Source: Thermofilaceae archaeon (GTDB lineage Archaea > Thermoproteota > Thermoprotei > Thermofilales > Thermofilaceae). From it: a stretch of DNA of 14,085 bases. Both the position numbers and the translations under genes were made by a program. The notes below the pieces were generated by a model. The model ran no database searches. It saw nothing but the letters and a program-made list of their open reading frames with translations, and was not told where the DNA came from. Below are positions 1 through 7,373 of the stretch, piece by piece; position 1 is the first letter of the stretch, and each line of letters begins with the position of its first letter. The stretch spans positions 1 through 14,085 of the forward strand of contig JAVYWK010000039.1 of assembly GCA_038727095.1 (NCBI GenBank), in the 5' to 3' direction.

Positions 1-1620
1 GTACCAGTTCCTTGGATCCCACGGGGTCCCGGGGAAAGCGGGGTGCATCCAGTACGCGTGCGTGTCGACCACGTCCAGCTCCGACATGATGACTGGAGTG
101 CTGCAGCCCGCGATCGTCCCGATCACGAGGGCTTTAACCCCCAGCTCCTCCTTGAGGTACCTGTACATGTCGAGGAAGTAGTCCCTCTCGAGCGACCAGA
201 GGAACTCGGCCCAATCCCTCCTCGCCGCCGGGGAACGGCCGAAGAAGTCGCCGGGCTTGAGGATGCTTACAGTCCCCTCCTCGAGGCTCTCCCCCTCCTT
301 CAATCCAGCACCCTGGTAGGGCCTCATCGAGAAGTTGGCGAAGTAGTAGGTGGTTTCGAGGGCGCCGAGGTTCGAGATGTCGAGCCTAGCGTTGTCGTCG
401 CTAACCCCAACCCCAAGGATCACCTCGTAGGTCCGCCACTCGGGCGTCAGCTTGACCGTGACAACCTGGGAGACGGCCTGCCAGGGCTCGTGAGCCTGCC
501 GCAGGCAGACCGTGATGTACGCTTCAGCTTCGGCTCGAGCCGTGAAGGTTACGCGGTATATCTCCCCCTCCCTGACCTGGATGCGGGGGTAGTTGAACTG
601 GACGTGCCAACCCTCCCCCCTCCTGGTGACTCTGACCCTCAGCGCCCGCATGCCGTCGACATCGACGAAGTCGTAGGTGGCCTGAGCCGCGCCGTGCCGC
701 TCGAAGACCCAGCCCAGCGTCCCCCTCTCGAACCTCGGGTTCGCGAGCACCTCCTCCCCCAACTTCGTCTCCCCTCCCCAAGCCTCGACCAGCCTCGCGG
801 TGTCGCCGTACTTCGCGCGCAGCCAAGCGTTCCACTTCTCCTGGAGCGGGCGCTTGAAGACTTCGGGGAGCCTGTCAACAACGCCGTCGAGCCAGGCGTG
901 GATGAGGCCGAACTCGTTCACGATCTCGACGAAAGCGACAGCCGGATCCTCCGCGTAGGTCATGTTCGTGTACGGGTTCCTGTGCGTGAGGAGCTGCCTC
1001 GCGTACTCCTTCTGAAGCTCTCTCACCTCGTCCATGAAAAAGCCCAGGATCTGCTGATCCTTCCAATCCACCTGCTCGATCTCGGGCGGTAAGCCGTCAG
1101 CAGCCCTAAAGCGCCTCGAGACGAGGAGGTTGAGGTTGACGTAGATGCCCTGCTCCTTCAGCTTCGCGATGAGGTAGTCCAGCCGATCCAGCGCAACGGG
1201 GTTGAGCCTTCTCGTACCGGGGGGTTGGAAGATGTTGAAGCTCAGCCAGGCGGCGTCCAGATGGTGGAACCTGACGATGTTGACCCCGTACTTGGCGAGC
1301 CTGGCGGCGAAGATCTCCGCGTCGCGCTTCGTCGGGAAGGCGTGCTCAGCAACGATGTTAACCCCCAGGAAGCGGATCCTCTCTCCACCGACGTACAGGT
1401 GGCCGTCGGGCCCAACGTAGACGTGCCCGTACTTGCCGGCTGGCTTGTGCAGTCGGTGGGCTAGGCTGACGACGGTCTCGCTCGAGTCATCGTAGGGCAG
1501 GTGGAAGGGGAAGAAGTTGGCGGCTCTCTCCTCCCTCTCCCTGACGATTTGGTGGAGCCAGACGCCTAAGATCACAGCCAGCACCCCGAGGGCCGACAGC
1601 ACGATCGCAAGCTTCCTCAC
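1..1620 (-). CDS. Membrane-anchored clan GH-A glycoside hydrolase with an inserted CBM4_9-like module (GH148-like / GH5-related beta-glucanase); 3' end lies outside the window
   Basis: Hand translation from GTG 1620 is open to position 1 (540 codons). It has an N-terminal hydrophobic helix MRKLAIVLSALGVLAVILGVWL and barrel motifs RIRFLGVN, LAKYGVNIVRFHHLD, LKEQGIYVNLNL and NPYTNMTYAEDPAVAFVEIVNE (acid/base Glu about residue 236). A CBM4-like segment (LANPRFERGTLGW...WHVQFNY...YRVTFTARA...LTPEWRTY, about 325-760) follows, then the barrel resumes (DVVDTHAYWMHP). It is absent from the ORF track because there is no stop in the window. Confidence 0.85.
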   Translation of the reverse strand, partial: MRKLAIVLSALGVLAVILGVWLHQIVREREERAANFFPFHLPYDDSSETVVSLAHRLHKPAGKYGHVYVGPDGHLYVGGERIRFLGVNIVAEHAFPTKRDAEIFAARLAKYGVNIVRFHHLDAAWLSFNIFQPPGTRRLNPVALDRLDYLIAKLKEQGIYVNLNLLVSRRFRAADGLPPEIEQVDWKDQQILGFFMDEVRELQKEYARQLLTHRNPYTNMTYAEDPAVAFVEIVNEFGLIHAWLDGVVDRLPEVFKRPLQEKWNAWLRAKYGDTARLVEAWGGETKLGEEVLANPRFERGTLGWVFERHGAAQATYDFVDVDGMRALRVRVTRRGEGWHVQFNYPRIQVREGEIYRVTFTARAEAEAYITVCLRQAHEPWQAVSQVVTVKLTPEWRTYEVILGVGVSDDNARLDISNLGALETTYYFANFSMRPYQGAGLKEGESLEEGTVSILKPGDFFGRSPAARRDWAEFLWSLERDYFLDMYRYLKEELGVKALVIGTIAGCSTPVIMSELDVVDTHAYWMHPAFPGTPWDPRNWY

Positions 1621-1642
1621 GGGCCATTCTAATCAGTGAGGG

Positions 1643-1649
1643 TATAAAA
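1643..1649 (-). promoter_or_regulatory. TATA box of the glycoside hydrolase gene (probably leaderless transcript)
   Basis: TTTTATA on the minus strand, 23-29 bp upstream of GTG 1620, in the 36-bp gap after the GT2 stop codon. Confidence 0.6.
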
Positions 1650-1656
1650 CGCTAGC

Positions 1657-2799
1657 CTAAACGACCCAGTCTTCCACCCGCTCGTCCCCGAAGATGAGCA
1701 CGCGGATCAAGCCCACCGACAGTATGGTCAGCCACACGGTTTGGTAGAAGAGCAGGTAGACTGGGATCAGGTGGGCGTAGGGCTTCAAGCCGGTGACCTT
1801 CGCGATCACGTACTGCAGCACGCCGAGGGAGAGCAGGAGGAATGCGAAGGCAAGCGTGGTGACCGTGTAAGTCATGATGAGCGAGATCGATACGGCCGCC
1901 GTAACGGGTATGAGCTCACGGATGAGGGAGGACAGGGGGAGTAGGGCGGCGTAGGTGGCCTTCTTGGAGAGCATCCCGTGGAGCGCCAGAGCGACAATCA
2001 TCGTGAGGAGGGACGGCAGGGTCAGGATGATTCCCGGTATGATGACGTGCGGCACCTCGCGGACCGCGCGCAGGAGTACCCGGTAGTTCTCCCTCAGCCA
2101 GGAGGCGAGGCCGACAGCCCACCTCTTCCTCTGCTTCAGCCAGTGGGTCCAGCTGGACGGCGCGTAGTTGAGCACGTAGGTGCTATCGAGGAAGGAGAAG
2201 CGGCAGCCCTTCACGAACGAGCGGAGAGCGAAGTCGAGATCCTCCGCCAGGCAGGGTTTGAAGTAGCCGATCTCGTCGAGGGCCCTCCGCTTCACAGCGA
2301 AAGCCGCCCCATTTATTGCGATGGCCCTTCCGGCAAGCTTCGCCATCATCTTGCTAGCGAAGTTGTACGCTGTGTACTCGATGTAGACGAGCTTGGCCAG
2401 CAAACCTTTACCAACGATAACCTTCTTCACGTCCAGGAGATCGCAGCTCTTCATCGCCTCCGCCACCTTATCGATGAACCTCGGATCATCCACGCGAACA
2501 TCATCGTCCAGGAAGAGGACGACGTCGCCCCTCACCAGCTTCAACGCCTCGTTCAGCGCGCTCACCTTACCCTGCCTCCCCTCCCTGAGGAACACCTTCA
2601 CCGATGGGTCGCTGAACTCAGTCAGTAGCCCGTTGAGGGCTTCGCGGTCTGGATCGTCGACGATCACGATGATCTCAAGGGGGCGCGCGTTACAGTTCAG
2701 CAGGCCCCTCACAAGCTCCACCAGCCCGTTGCCGCCGCGGTAAGTGGGGATCACGACGCTCACGGTAGGAGCCTCTGCGTCCGCGTGCGGCGAAGGCAT
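1657..2799 (-). CDS. GT2 family glycosyltransferase, processive type (cellulose/hyaluronan/PNAG synthase-like), copy A
   Basis: Motifs VSVVIPTY, IVDD, GKVSALN, FLDDD (DxD), INGAAFAVKR, AED (catalytic base) and QRKRW (QxxRW), followed by several hydrophobic C-terminal helices; 380 aa. Confidence 0.92.
   Translation of the reverse strand: MPSPHADAEAPTVSVVIPTYRGGNGLVELVRGLLNCNARPLEIIVIVDDPDREALNGLLTEFSDPSVKVFLREGRQGKVSALNEALKLVRGDVVLFLDDDVRVDDPRFIDKVAEAMKSCDLLDVKKVIVGKGLLAKLVYIEYTAYNFASKMMAKLAGRAIAINGAAFAVKRRALDEIGYFKPCLAEDLDFALRSFVKGCRFSFLDSTYVLNYAPSSWTHWLKQRKRWAVGLASWLRENYRVLLRAVREVPHVIIPGIILTLPSLLTMIVALALHGMLSKKATYAALLPLSSLIRELIPVTAAVSISLIMTYTVTTLAFAFLLLSLGVLQYVIAKVTGLKPYAHLIPVYLLFYQTVWLTILSVGLIRVLIFGDERVEDWVV
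2114..2213. repeat. 100-bp perfect direct repeat, copy 1 (copy 2 at 10914-11013)
   Basis: ACAGCCCACCTCTTCC...CGGCAGCCCTTCA is base-identical in both GT2 genes at an offset of 8,800 bp. Confidence 0.95.
2336..2382. repeat. 47-bp near-perfect direct repeat, copy 1 (copy 2 at 11136-11182)
   Basis: AGCTTCGCCATCA(T/G)CTTGCTAGCGAAGTTGTACGCTGTGTACTCGAT, one mismatch, same 8,800 bp offset. Confidence 0.9.
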
Positions 2800-2813
2800 C
2801 GAGTAACCCTTAG

Positions 2814-2829
2814 TTTTACGGTAAAAAAA
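2814..2829 (-). promoter_or_regulatory. TATA-like box of GT2 copy A overlapped by the palindrome TTTTAC-G-GTAAAA
   Basis: TTTTTTTA on the minus strand (2822-2829) is about 25 bp upstream of ATG 2799; a 6-bp-arm inverted repeat spans 2814-2826. Confidence 0.45.
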
Positions 2830-2888
2830 TGTATCCGATCTAGGCGGCCGGAAGAGGGAAGCACGCTGCAGCTCGGGGGCGCAGAAGC

Positions 2889-2895
2889 TATTATA
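2889..2895 (+). promoter_or_regulatory. TATA box of the macrodomain/amidotransferase operon
   Basis: TATTATA preceded by purine-rich GCAGAAG, about 21-27 bp upstream of GTG 2916. Confidence 0.5.
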
Positions 2896-2915
2896 GGCTT
2901 GGCGAAGGCCCTCAT

Positions 2916-3467
2916 GTGCCCGGTAGGACCTTCAAACTCGATAGGCTGACGGTGGAGCTGGTTGAGGGGGATATCACTGAGCTTGAGGCTGATGCGATCG
3001 TGAACGCGGCTAACTCGTACCTCAAGCACGGCGGGGGAGTAGCTGCGGCGATCGTGAGGAAGGGGGGTTACGTGATCCAGGAGGAGAGCGACCGGTGGGT
3101 TAGGGAGCACGGCCCCGTCCCCGTGGGCAGCGTAGCGGTCACCTCTGCGGGCCGGCTCAAGGCCAAGTACGTCATCCACGCTGTGGGCCCGCGCTTCGAC
3201 GAGGAGGGTGGTGACGAGAAGCTCGCCTCAGCCATCCGGAGCTCGCTCGAGAAGTCGGAGGAGCTCGGGCTGAGGAGCGTAGCACTGCCCGCCATCTCGA
3301 CGGGGGTCTTCGGCTACCCCTACGAGAGATGCGCGCGCATCATGGCCCGCGAGCTGAAAGCCTTCGCTGGACGCGCCCGGAGCCTGGAGAGGGTCATCGT
3401 CTGCCTCTACGGTCGGGAAGCCTACGAGACCTTCGAGAGAGTTTTCCTCGAGGAGCTGAGGGAGTAG
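2916..3467 (+). CDS. Macrodomain protein (MacroD/YmdB-type O-acetyl-ADP-ribose deacetylase / ADP-ribosyl hydrolase)
   Basis: GDIT...DAIVNAAN..LKHGGGVAAAI, VIHAVGP and LPAISTGVFGYP are canonical MacroD motifs; 183 aa. Confidence 0.95.
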   Translation: MPGRTFKLDRLTVELVEGDITELEADAIVNAANSYLKHGGGVAAAIVRKGGYVIQEESDRWVREHGPVPVGSVAVTSAGRLKAKYVIHAVGPRFDEEGGDEKLASAIRSSLEKSEELGLRSVALPAISTGVFGYPYERCARIMARELKAFAGRARSLERVIVCLYGREAYETFERVFLEELRE

Positions 3468-3469
3468 CC

Positions 3470-4258
3470 GTGTGCCGCCTCCTAGCGCTAGCGTCTTCGG
3501 AGCCTGTGGACGCGCTCGCTTGGCTCGGTGCGCTGAGGAGGGCTGCTGAGTACGACCCCCTGCTTGAAAGGTTGGCCGGCACAGCGATGCATGGCGACGG
3601 TTGGGGTCTAGCTGCGCTGGCCGACGGAAGGCTGATCCACTACCGCTCCCCCACGCCGATCTCGAGCGACCCGCTCATGGAGACGGTAGCGACATTGATC
3701 TCCGCCCCCGCCGCCATGGTGGCTCACGCCCGCAAGGCCAGCATGGGCATGCCGCTCGGCGTTGGGGCAGCCCACCCCTTCGCGCTCCACCTCGGGAGCG
3801 GAGGGGTCGTATTCGTCGCTCAGAACGGGGGCATCGACATAGGTCGAACTCTGGAGCTCTTCGGGCCCGTAGCGTCCCCGGGCAACGTGGACTCCTTCGT
3901 ATACGCCGCAGCGCTGGCCAGGTTGCTGGAGGAGAGCGGGAGTCTCAAGCGAGCGCTCCTCGAGCTGCACAGGGGGCTTGAGAGGGGCGGGGCCGTGAGG
4001 GGTATGGCGAACACGGTCGCGTTATTGGTGGAGCGGAGGGGGGAGCTGTGGGAGGCCGAGATCGGCGTTGTCCGCCACGTGGTGAGGGGGCAGCTGCTCG
4101 AGTACGGTGAGATCTACTTGCTGGAGCGCGATGGGTTCGCCGCGGCCGTCTCCAGCACCCTGCGATGGATTCTGGGGGAGGAGATGGAGCCGGTGGGGAG
4201 GAACAAGGTCTTGACGGCAGCGCTTGGAAACCCTAGGTTCGAGTGGAGCGCTCTCTGA
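3470..4258 (+). CDS. Class II glutamine amidotransferase / Ntn hydrolase (YafJ/EgtC/Dug3-like)
   Basis: The likely start is GTG 3470, 2 bp after the macrodomain stop, giving M-C-R-L-L with an N-terminal nucleophile Cys. Motifs HGDGWG, HARKAS, HPF, QNG and DS are present. The 3329 start in the ORF track overlaps the upstream gene. Confidence 0.88.
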   Translation: MCRLLALASSEPVDALAWLGALRRAAEYDPLLERLAGTAMHGDGWGLAALADGRLIHYRSPTPISSDPLMETVATLISAPAAMVAHARKASMGMPLGVGAAHPFALHLGSGGVVFVAQNGGIDIGRTLELFGPVASPGNVDSFVYAAALARLLEESGSLKRALLELHRGLERGGAVRGMANTVALLVERRGELWEAEIGVVRHVVRGQLLEYGEIYLLERDGFAAAVSSTLRWILGEEMEPVGRNKVLTAALGNPRFEWSAL

Positions 4259-5378
4259 GCTTCGCTAGGGGGGCTAGAGCGAGGAGGTTGAGTGCTGCGC
4301 CCAGCCCGAACGCCCAGCGCGCGCCAAGGCTGGACCAGCTGAAGCTGCCGAGCAGGGGGGAGGGGGCTGCCACCAGGCCCACCACAGCGTCGCTCAACCC
4401 GTTCGCTGTCGCAACAGAGCTCGGCGGCGCCATGTAGGAGAGGAGCTTCCTGCGAGCCGGCATATCGAGGGGGAGGAAGACGTTCTGGAGGACGACGGCT
4501 AGCGCCAGCGTGCCGAAGCTCCGGCTGACGGCCATGAGCACGTAACCGGCTGAGACGCCCACGTAGTGTAGCACGAGCGCGGGCTTGGAGCCTAGTCGGT
4601 CCGTCACAAGGCCGGCGACCGGCTGGAACACCTGCGAAACCACAGTCCCGAGGGCGGCCAGCGTGCCTATCTCGTAGGTGGAGAGGCCCAGGATCTCCCT
4701 TTGGAACAGGGCTGTGTAGGGCATGACGGAGAAGACCGCGAAATCGTGTATTGAGAGGGAGAGGGTTAGCTCGAAGAAGCCGGCGCTCTTCAAGTGCTCG
4801 AGCTTGATCCTTTCTCTCGCGCGGCTCCCGTGGATCTGCTCGAGGCGCGTGAGCGGGAGGGCGGAGAGGGCGAACGCTATCGCGCTCAGCCTGTAGAGCG
4901 GAGTGAAGCCCTCTCTCTCGGTGATTACGCCCGACAGGTAGGATCCAACCGCGGCGCTAGCCCCCGACGCCAGCAGGTACAGCGAGTACCACGTGCCCAT
5001 ATCGCTCCGGTTAGCCCTGGAGGCCACGACGCGCAGGGAGCTCTGCCCCCTAAGCGTGGAGAGGAACGTGTAGGAGAAGAGGAGGGAGGCTGTAGCAGCG
5101 GGCGACTTGAGCGAGGGGAGGAGGGCGACGATTGCCGCCTGACCGCCTGTGGCGAGGATCAGGGCTCTTCGAGTGGGCAGAGCGTCTGCCACGATGCCGG
5201 CAGGCAGCGCCAGGACGAACGATAGCGTGAGCGGGAGGCTTGACGCGAGCCCCACCTCCGCTAGGGGGAGACCCAGCGATCTGAGGTAGATGGGGAAGAG
5301 CGTGTACCACAGGGCGTGTGCAAAGGAAGAGGCGAGGGTGTGCAGCACGAATGGTGGGGGTAGGCCGTTCCTCCGCAT
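4233..5378 (-). CDS. Major facilitator superfamily transporter
   Basis: 381 aa with about 12 hydrophobic segments and motif-A-like loops GIVADALPTRR and GLVTDRLGSK; 26-bp convergent overlap with the amidotransferase gene. Confidence 0.9.
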   Translation of the reverse strand: MRRNGLPPPFVLHTLASSFAHALWYTLFPIYLRSLGLPLAEVGLASSLPLTLSFVLALPAGIVADALPTRRALILATGGQAAIVALLPSLKSPAATASLLFSYTFLSTLRGQSSLRVVASRANRSDMGTWYSLYLLASGASAAVGSYLSGVITEREGFTPLYRLSAIAFALSALPLTRLEQIHGSRARERIKLEHLKSAGFFELTLSLSIHDFAVFSVMPYTALFQREILGLSTYEIGTLAALGTVVSQVFQPVAGLVTDRLGSKPALVLHYVGVSAGYVLMAVSRSFGTLALAVVLQNVFLPLDMPARRKLLSYMAPPSSVATANGLSDAVVGLVAAPSPLLGSFSWSSLGARWAFGLGAALNLLALAPLAKLRERSTRT

Positions 5379-5384
5379 ATCTTT

Positions 5385-6752
5385 TCACGCGAGCAGCTCC
5401 AGGTCGTGGGCCTTTCTAAGCGTAACGTCGATGGCCGCGAGCGTCAAAAGCAGCGAGACGGCCGAGAGCAGGATGATGGTGCTCGAGACTGGTTCGGCTT
5501 TCTCAGCGCTGATTAGCGTGGATAGCGTGAAGTCGAAGTCACCCTCACCCGAGGCGACGCAGATGCCCGCGCGGCAGCTGAGAATAGTCGCCCTCATGCT
5601 GCCCTGCGCGGAGTCGAGCACGCCGAGCCTGTCGTAGGACGCTTCCATGCTCAGCCTGACGTCGACGGGGACTCCGGAGACTCTCACCGTCCTGCTTATG
5701 CTGAAGCTCTTCGTCGATCTCACCAGCGCCCTATCGTACAAGAGGCCCAATGCTTCAAGCCTGTTGTACACGATTCTCACGGGATCCGACGATATCTGCG
5801 CGGCCAAGCGGGGTTGACCATCGAGCTGTAGCACCACCATGTCCCTACTCGAGCCCTCGTCGCAGACCGTTTGGGGCGCGCAGTAGATCCTGTAGGTGAC
5901 GGTCGCCTCGAGGACTTTCACTGGTACGTCCATCTGCCTCGCGGACGCCATGGAGTAGACGCTGCCGACGGCGAGCGAGGTTAGCGCGGCAACGAGGATG
6001 ATCTTTGAGAGCCTACCAAGGCCCGCGGAGCCCAGCATGATGTACTTGAATGCCCTCTGGCTGGCCGTAAGCGCTCGCAGGAGCCTGTGCCTCTCGCGAT
6101 CCAGTAGTAGCGGGAGGAGCGCCATCCCGGCTACGAATCCGCCCGCGTGCGCAAAGACCGCGACACCGATGTTCGCCATCGCGTAGCCCTGGAGGATTTG
6201 AGTCACGAACCAGAAGATTAGGTAGGCTGCCGCGCTGGCCGTGAAGCATACAGGTATGTAGAGGTAGAAGAAGCATAGGGACAGCTTGCTCCCCGGGAAG
6301 AGCAGAAGGTACGCTCCTAGCACGCCGCTGATCGCGCCGGACGCGCCGATCGCCGGAGTTACGATCGTCAGCGGCCCCTCGATCGGGATGAAGGCTGCGT
6401 GGAACGCTTCGGCCGCCAGCCCGGAGAGCAGGTAGAGGACTAGGTACCGCTTACCCCCGAGCGCTGTCTCGACAAGCCTCCCAAAGTTGTAGAGGAAGAT
6501 CATGTTGAAGAATATGTGTAAGAGGTTCGCGTGCAGGAACATCGAGGTGAAGAGCCTGTACCACTGCCTCGGGTCCGCAAGGCTTGAGGGTATGAAGGCT
6601 CCCCACCACAACCACTCGTCGCTGATCTGTAGGAGGCCGTAGTCGAGAGATGTAGCAAAGTAGGCGATCACGTTTAGGACAACCAGTAAGATCGTGACCT
6701 TGGGGGGGCCCGTTCTAAGACCGAGCTGATCGTGAGCGTAGGGTATTCCCAC
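5385..6752 (-). CDS. Rhomboid family intramembrane serine protease with a long C-terminal TM-ectodomain-TM extension
   Basis: Motifs WYRLFTSMFLHANLLHIFFNM, GASGAISG (catalytic Ser) and AHAGG (catalytic His) lie in the first ~215 aa, followed by ~240 extra residues. Confidence 0.92.
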   Translation of the reverse strand: MGIPYAHDQLGLRTGPPKVTILLVVLNVIAYFATSLDYGLLQISDEWLWWGAFIPSSLADPRQWYRLFTSMFLHANLLHIFFNMIFLYNFGRLVETALGGKRYLVLYLLSGLAAEAFHAAFIPIEGPLTIVTPAIGASGAISGVLGAYLLLFPGSKLSLCFFYLYIPVCFTASAAAYLIFWFVTQILQGYAMANIGVAVFAHAGGFVAGMALLPLLLDRERHRLLRALTASQRAFKYIMLGSAGLGRLSKIILVAALTSLAVGSVYSMASARQMDVPVKVLEATVTYRIYCAPQTVCDEGSSRDMVVLQLDGQPRLAAQISSDPVRIVYNRLEALGLLYDRALVRSTKSFSISRTVRVSGVPVDVRLSMEASYDRLGVLDSAQGSMRATILSCRAGICVASGEGDFDFTLSTLISAEKAEPVSSTIILLSAVSLLLTLAAIDVTLRKAHDLELLA

Positions 6753-6784
6753 TCCTCAATCCCCCTAAAGCAGCTTGAACTGCG

Positions 6785-6795
6785 CTTATATCTTT
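6785..6795 (-). promoter_or_regulatory. BRE/TATA of the rhomboid-MFS operon
   Basis: AAAGATATAAG on the minus strand about 35 bp upstream of GTG 6752; a purine-rich GGGGATTGAGGA SD-like stretch sits just before the start. Confidence 0.45.
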
Positions 6796-6911
6796 GCCCC
6801 CTCAACGTACGCACCGCGTGGGATCAAGCTTCAACTCCCATCAAACGCCGATTCCAGCTGAGGAGCTCAAAATCGTCCGCCACTTAGAAGAATGTTATTC
6901 AGCGCTGCGAA

Positions 6912-7280
6912 CTACTGGGTACGCCTTCTGACCATCTCCTCGTAATCCCTCTCGTACTCGCCGCTTTCGATCGATAGGACCATCCTTTTGAGAAGGTCCC
7001 TCACCTCAGTCACGTACTCCAGGTCCGCGTCCCGTAGACCCCGCTTCTCGATGTCGATAGCCCTCTCCCTCAGCCTCATACCCGCATCGATGCTGAGCGC
7101 CGCGAGGATCGCTTGACCGTACAACGCGAAGGGGGCTTGCATCTCGCTACCCAGCTCCGTCAGCAGGTAGGCCGCGTTGTAGAGGAAGAGAGGTCTGCCG
7201 CAGTTCAGGAACTCGTCGAGGAGCCTGATGACCTCTGTCATGCGCAGCGCGTAAACCGCGAGCAAATCCCCAAAGTTCAT
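6912..7280 (-). CDS. Hypothetical protein, predicted all-helical, 122 aa
   Basis: Fills the gap between genes with host-like codon usage and has TTATAATT about 28 bp upstream; no recognisable motif. Confidence 0.75.
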   Translation of the reverse strand: MNFGDLLAVYALRMTEVIRLLDEFLNCGRPLFLYNAAYLLTELGSEMQAPFALYGQAILAALSIDAGMRLRERAIDIEKRGLRDADLEYVTEVRDLLKRMVLSIESGEYERDYEEMVRRRTQ

Positions 7281-7337
7281 AACTTCATGTGTTCCATGCG
7301 GCCCTAATTATAAGGGTGACTGGAACTACGCGTGATT

Positions 7338-7355
7338 CATAACTCTTTTTAAAGG
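7338..7355 (+). promoter_or_regulatory. BRE/TATA promoter of the flavoprotein gene
   Basis: CATAACTCTTTTTAAAGG, with TTTTTAAA about 21-28 bp upstream of GTG 7374. Confidence 0.65.
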
Positions 7356-7373
7356 CCGTCTCCCCGTCCACGC

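Noticed and set aside
43-1092. 349-aa plus-strand ORF in the ORF track
   Set aside because: Antisense shadow of the minus-strand glycoside hydrolase. High GC3 suppresses stops on the opposite strand, and it has no motifs or promoter.
3329-3469. N-terminal extension of the amidotransferase ORF
   Set aside because: It overlaps the macrodomain gene, and Ntn hydrolases need Cys right after Met, which GTG 3470 provides.
6753-6911. Intergenic region checked for a C/D-box sRNA or tRNA; short inverted repeats TGGGA...TCCCA and GCAG...CTGC
   Set aside because: No RUGAUGA/CUGA box arrangement or cloverleaf was found, and the arms are too short to be significant.
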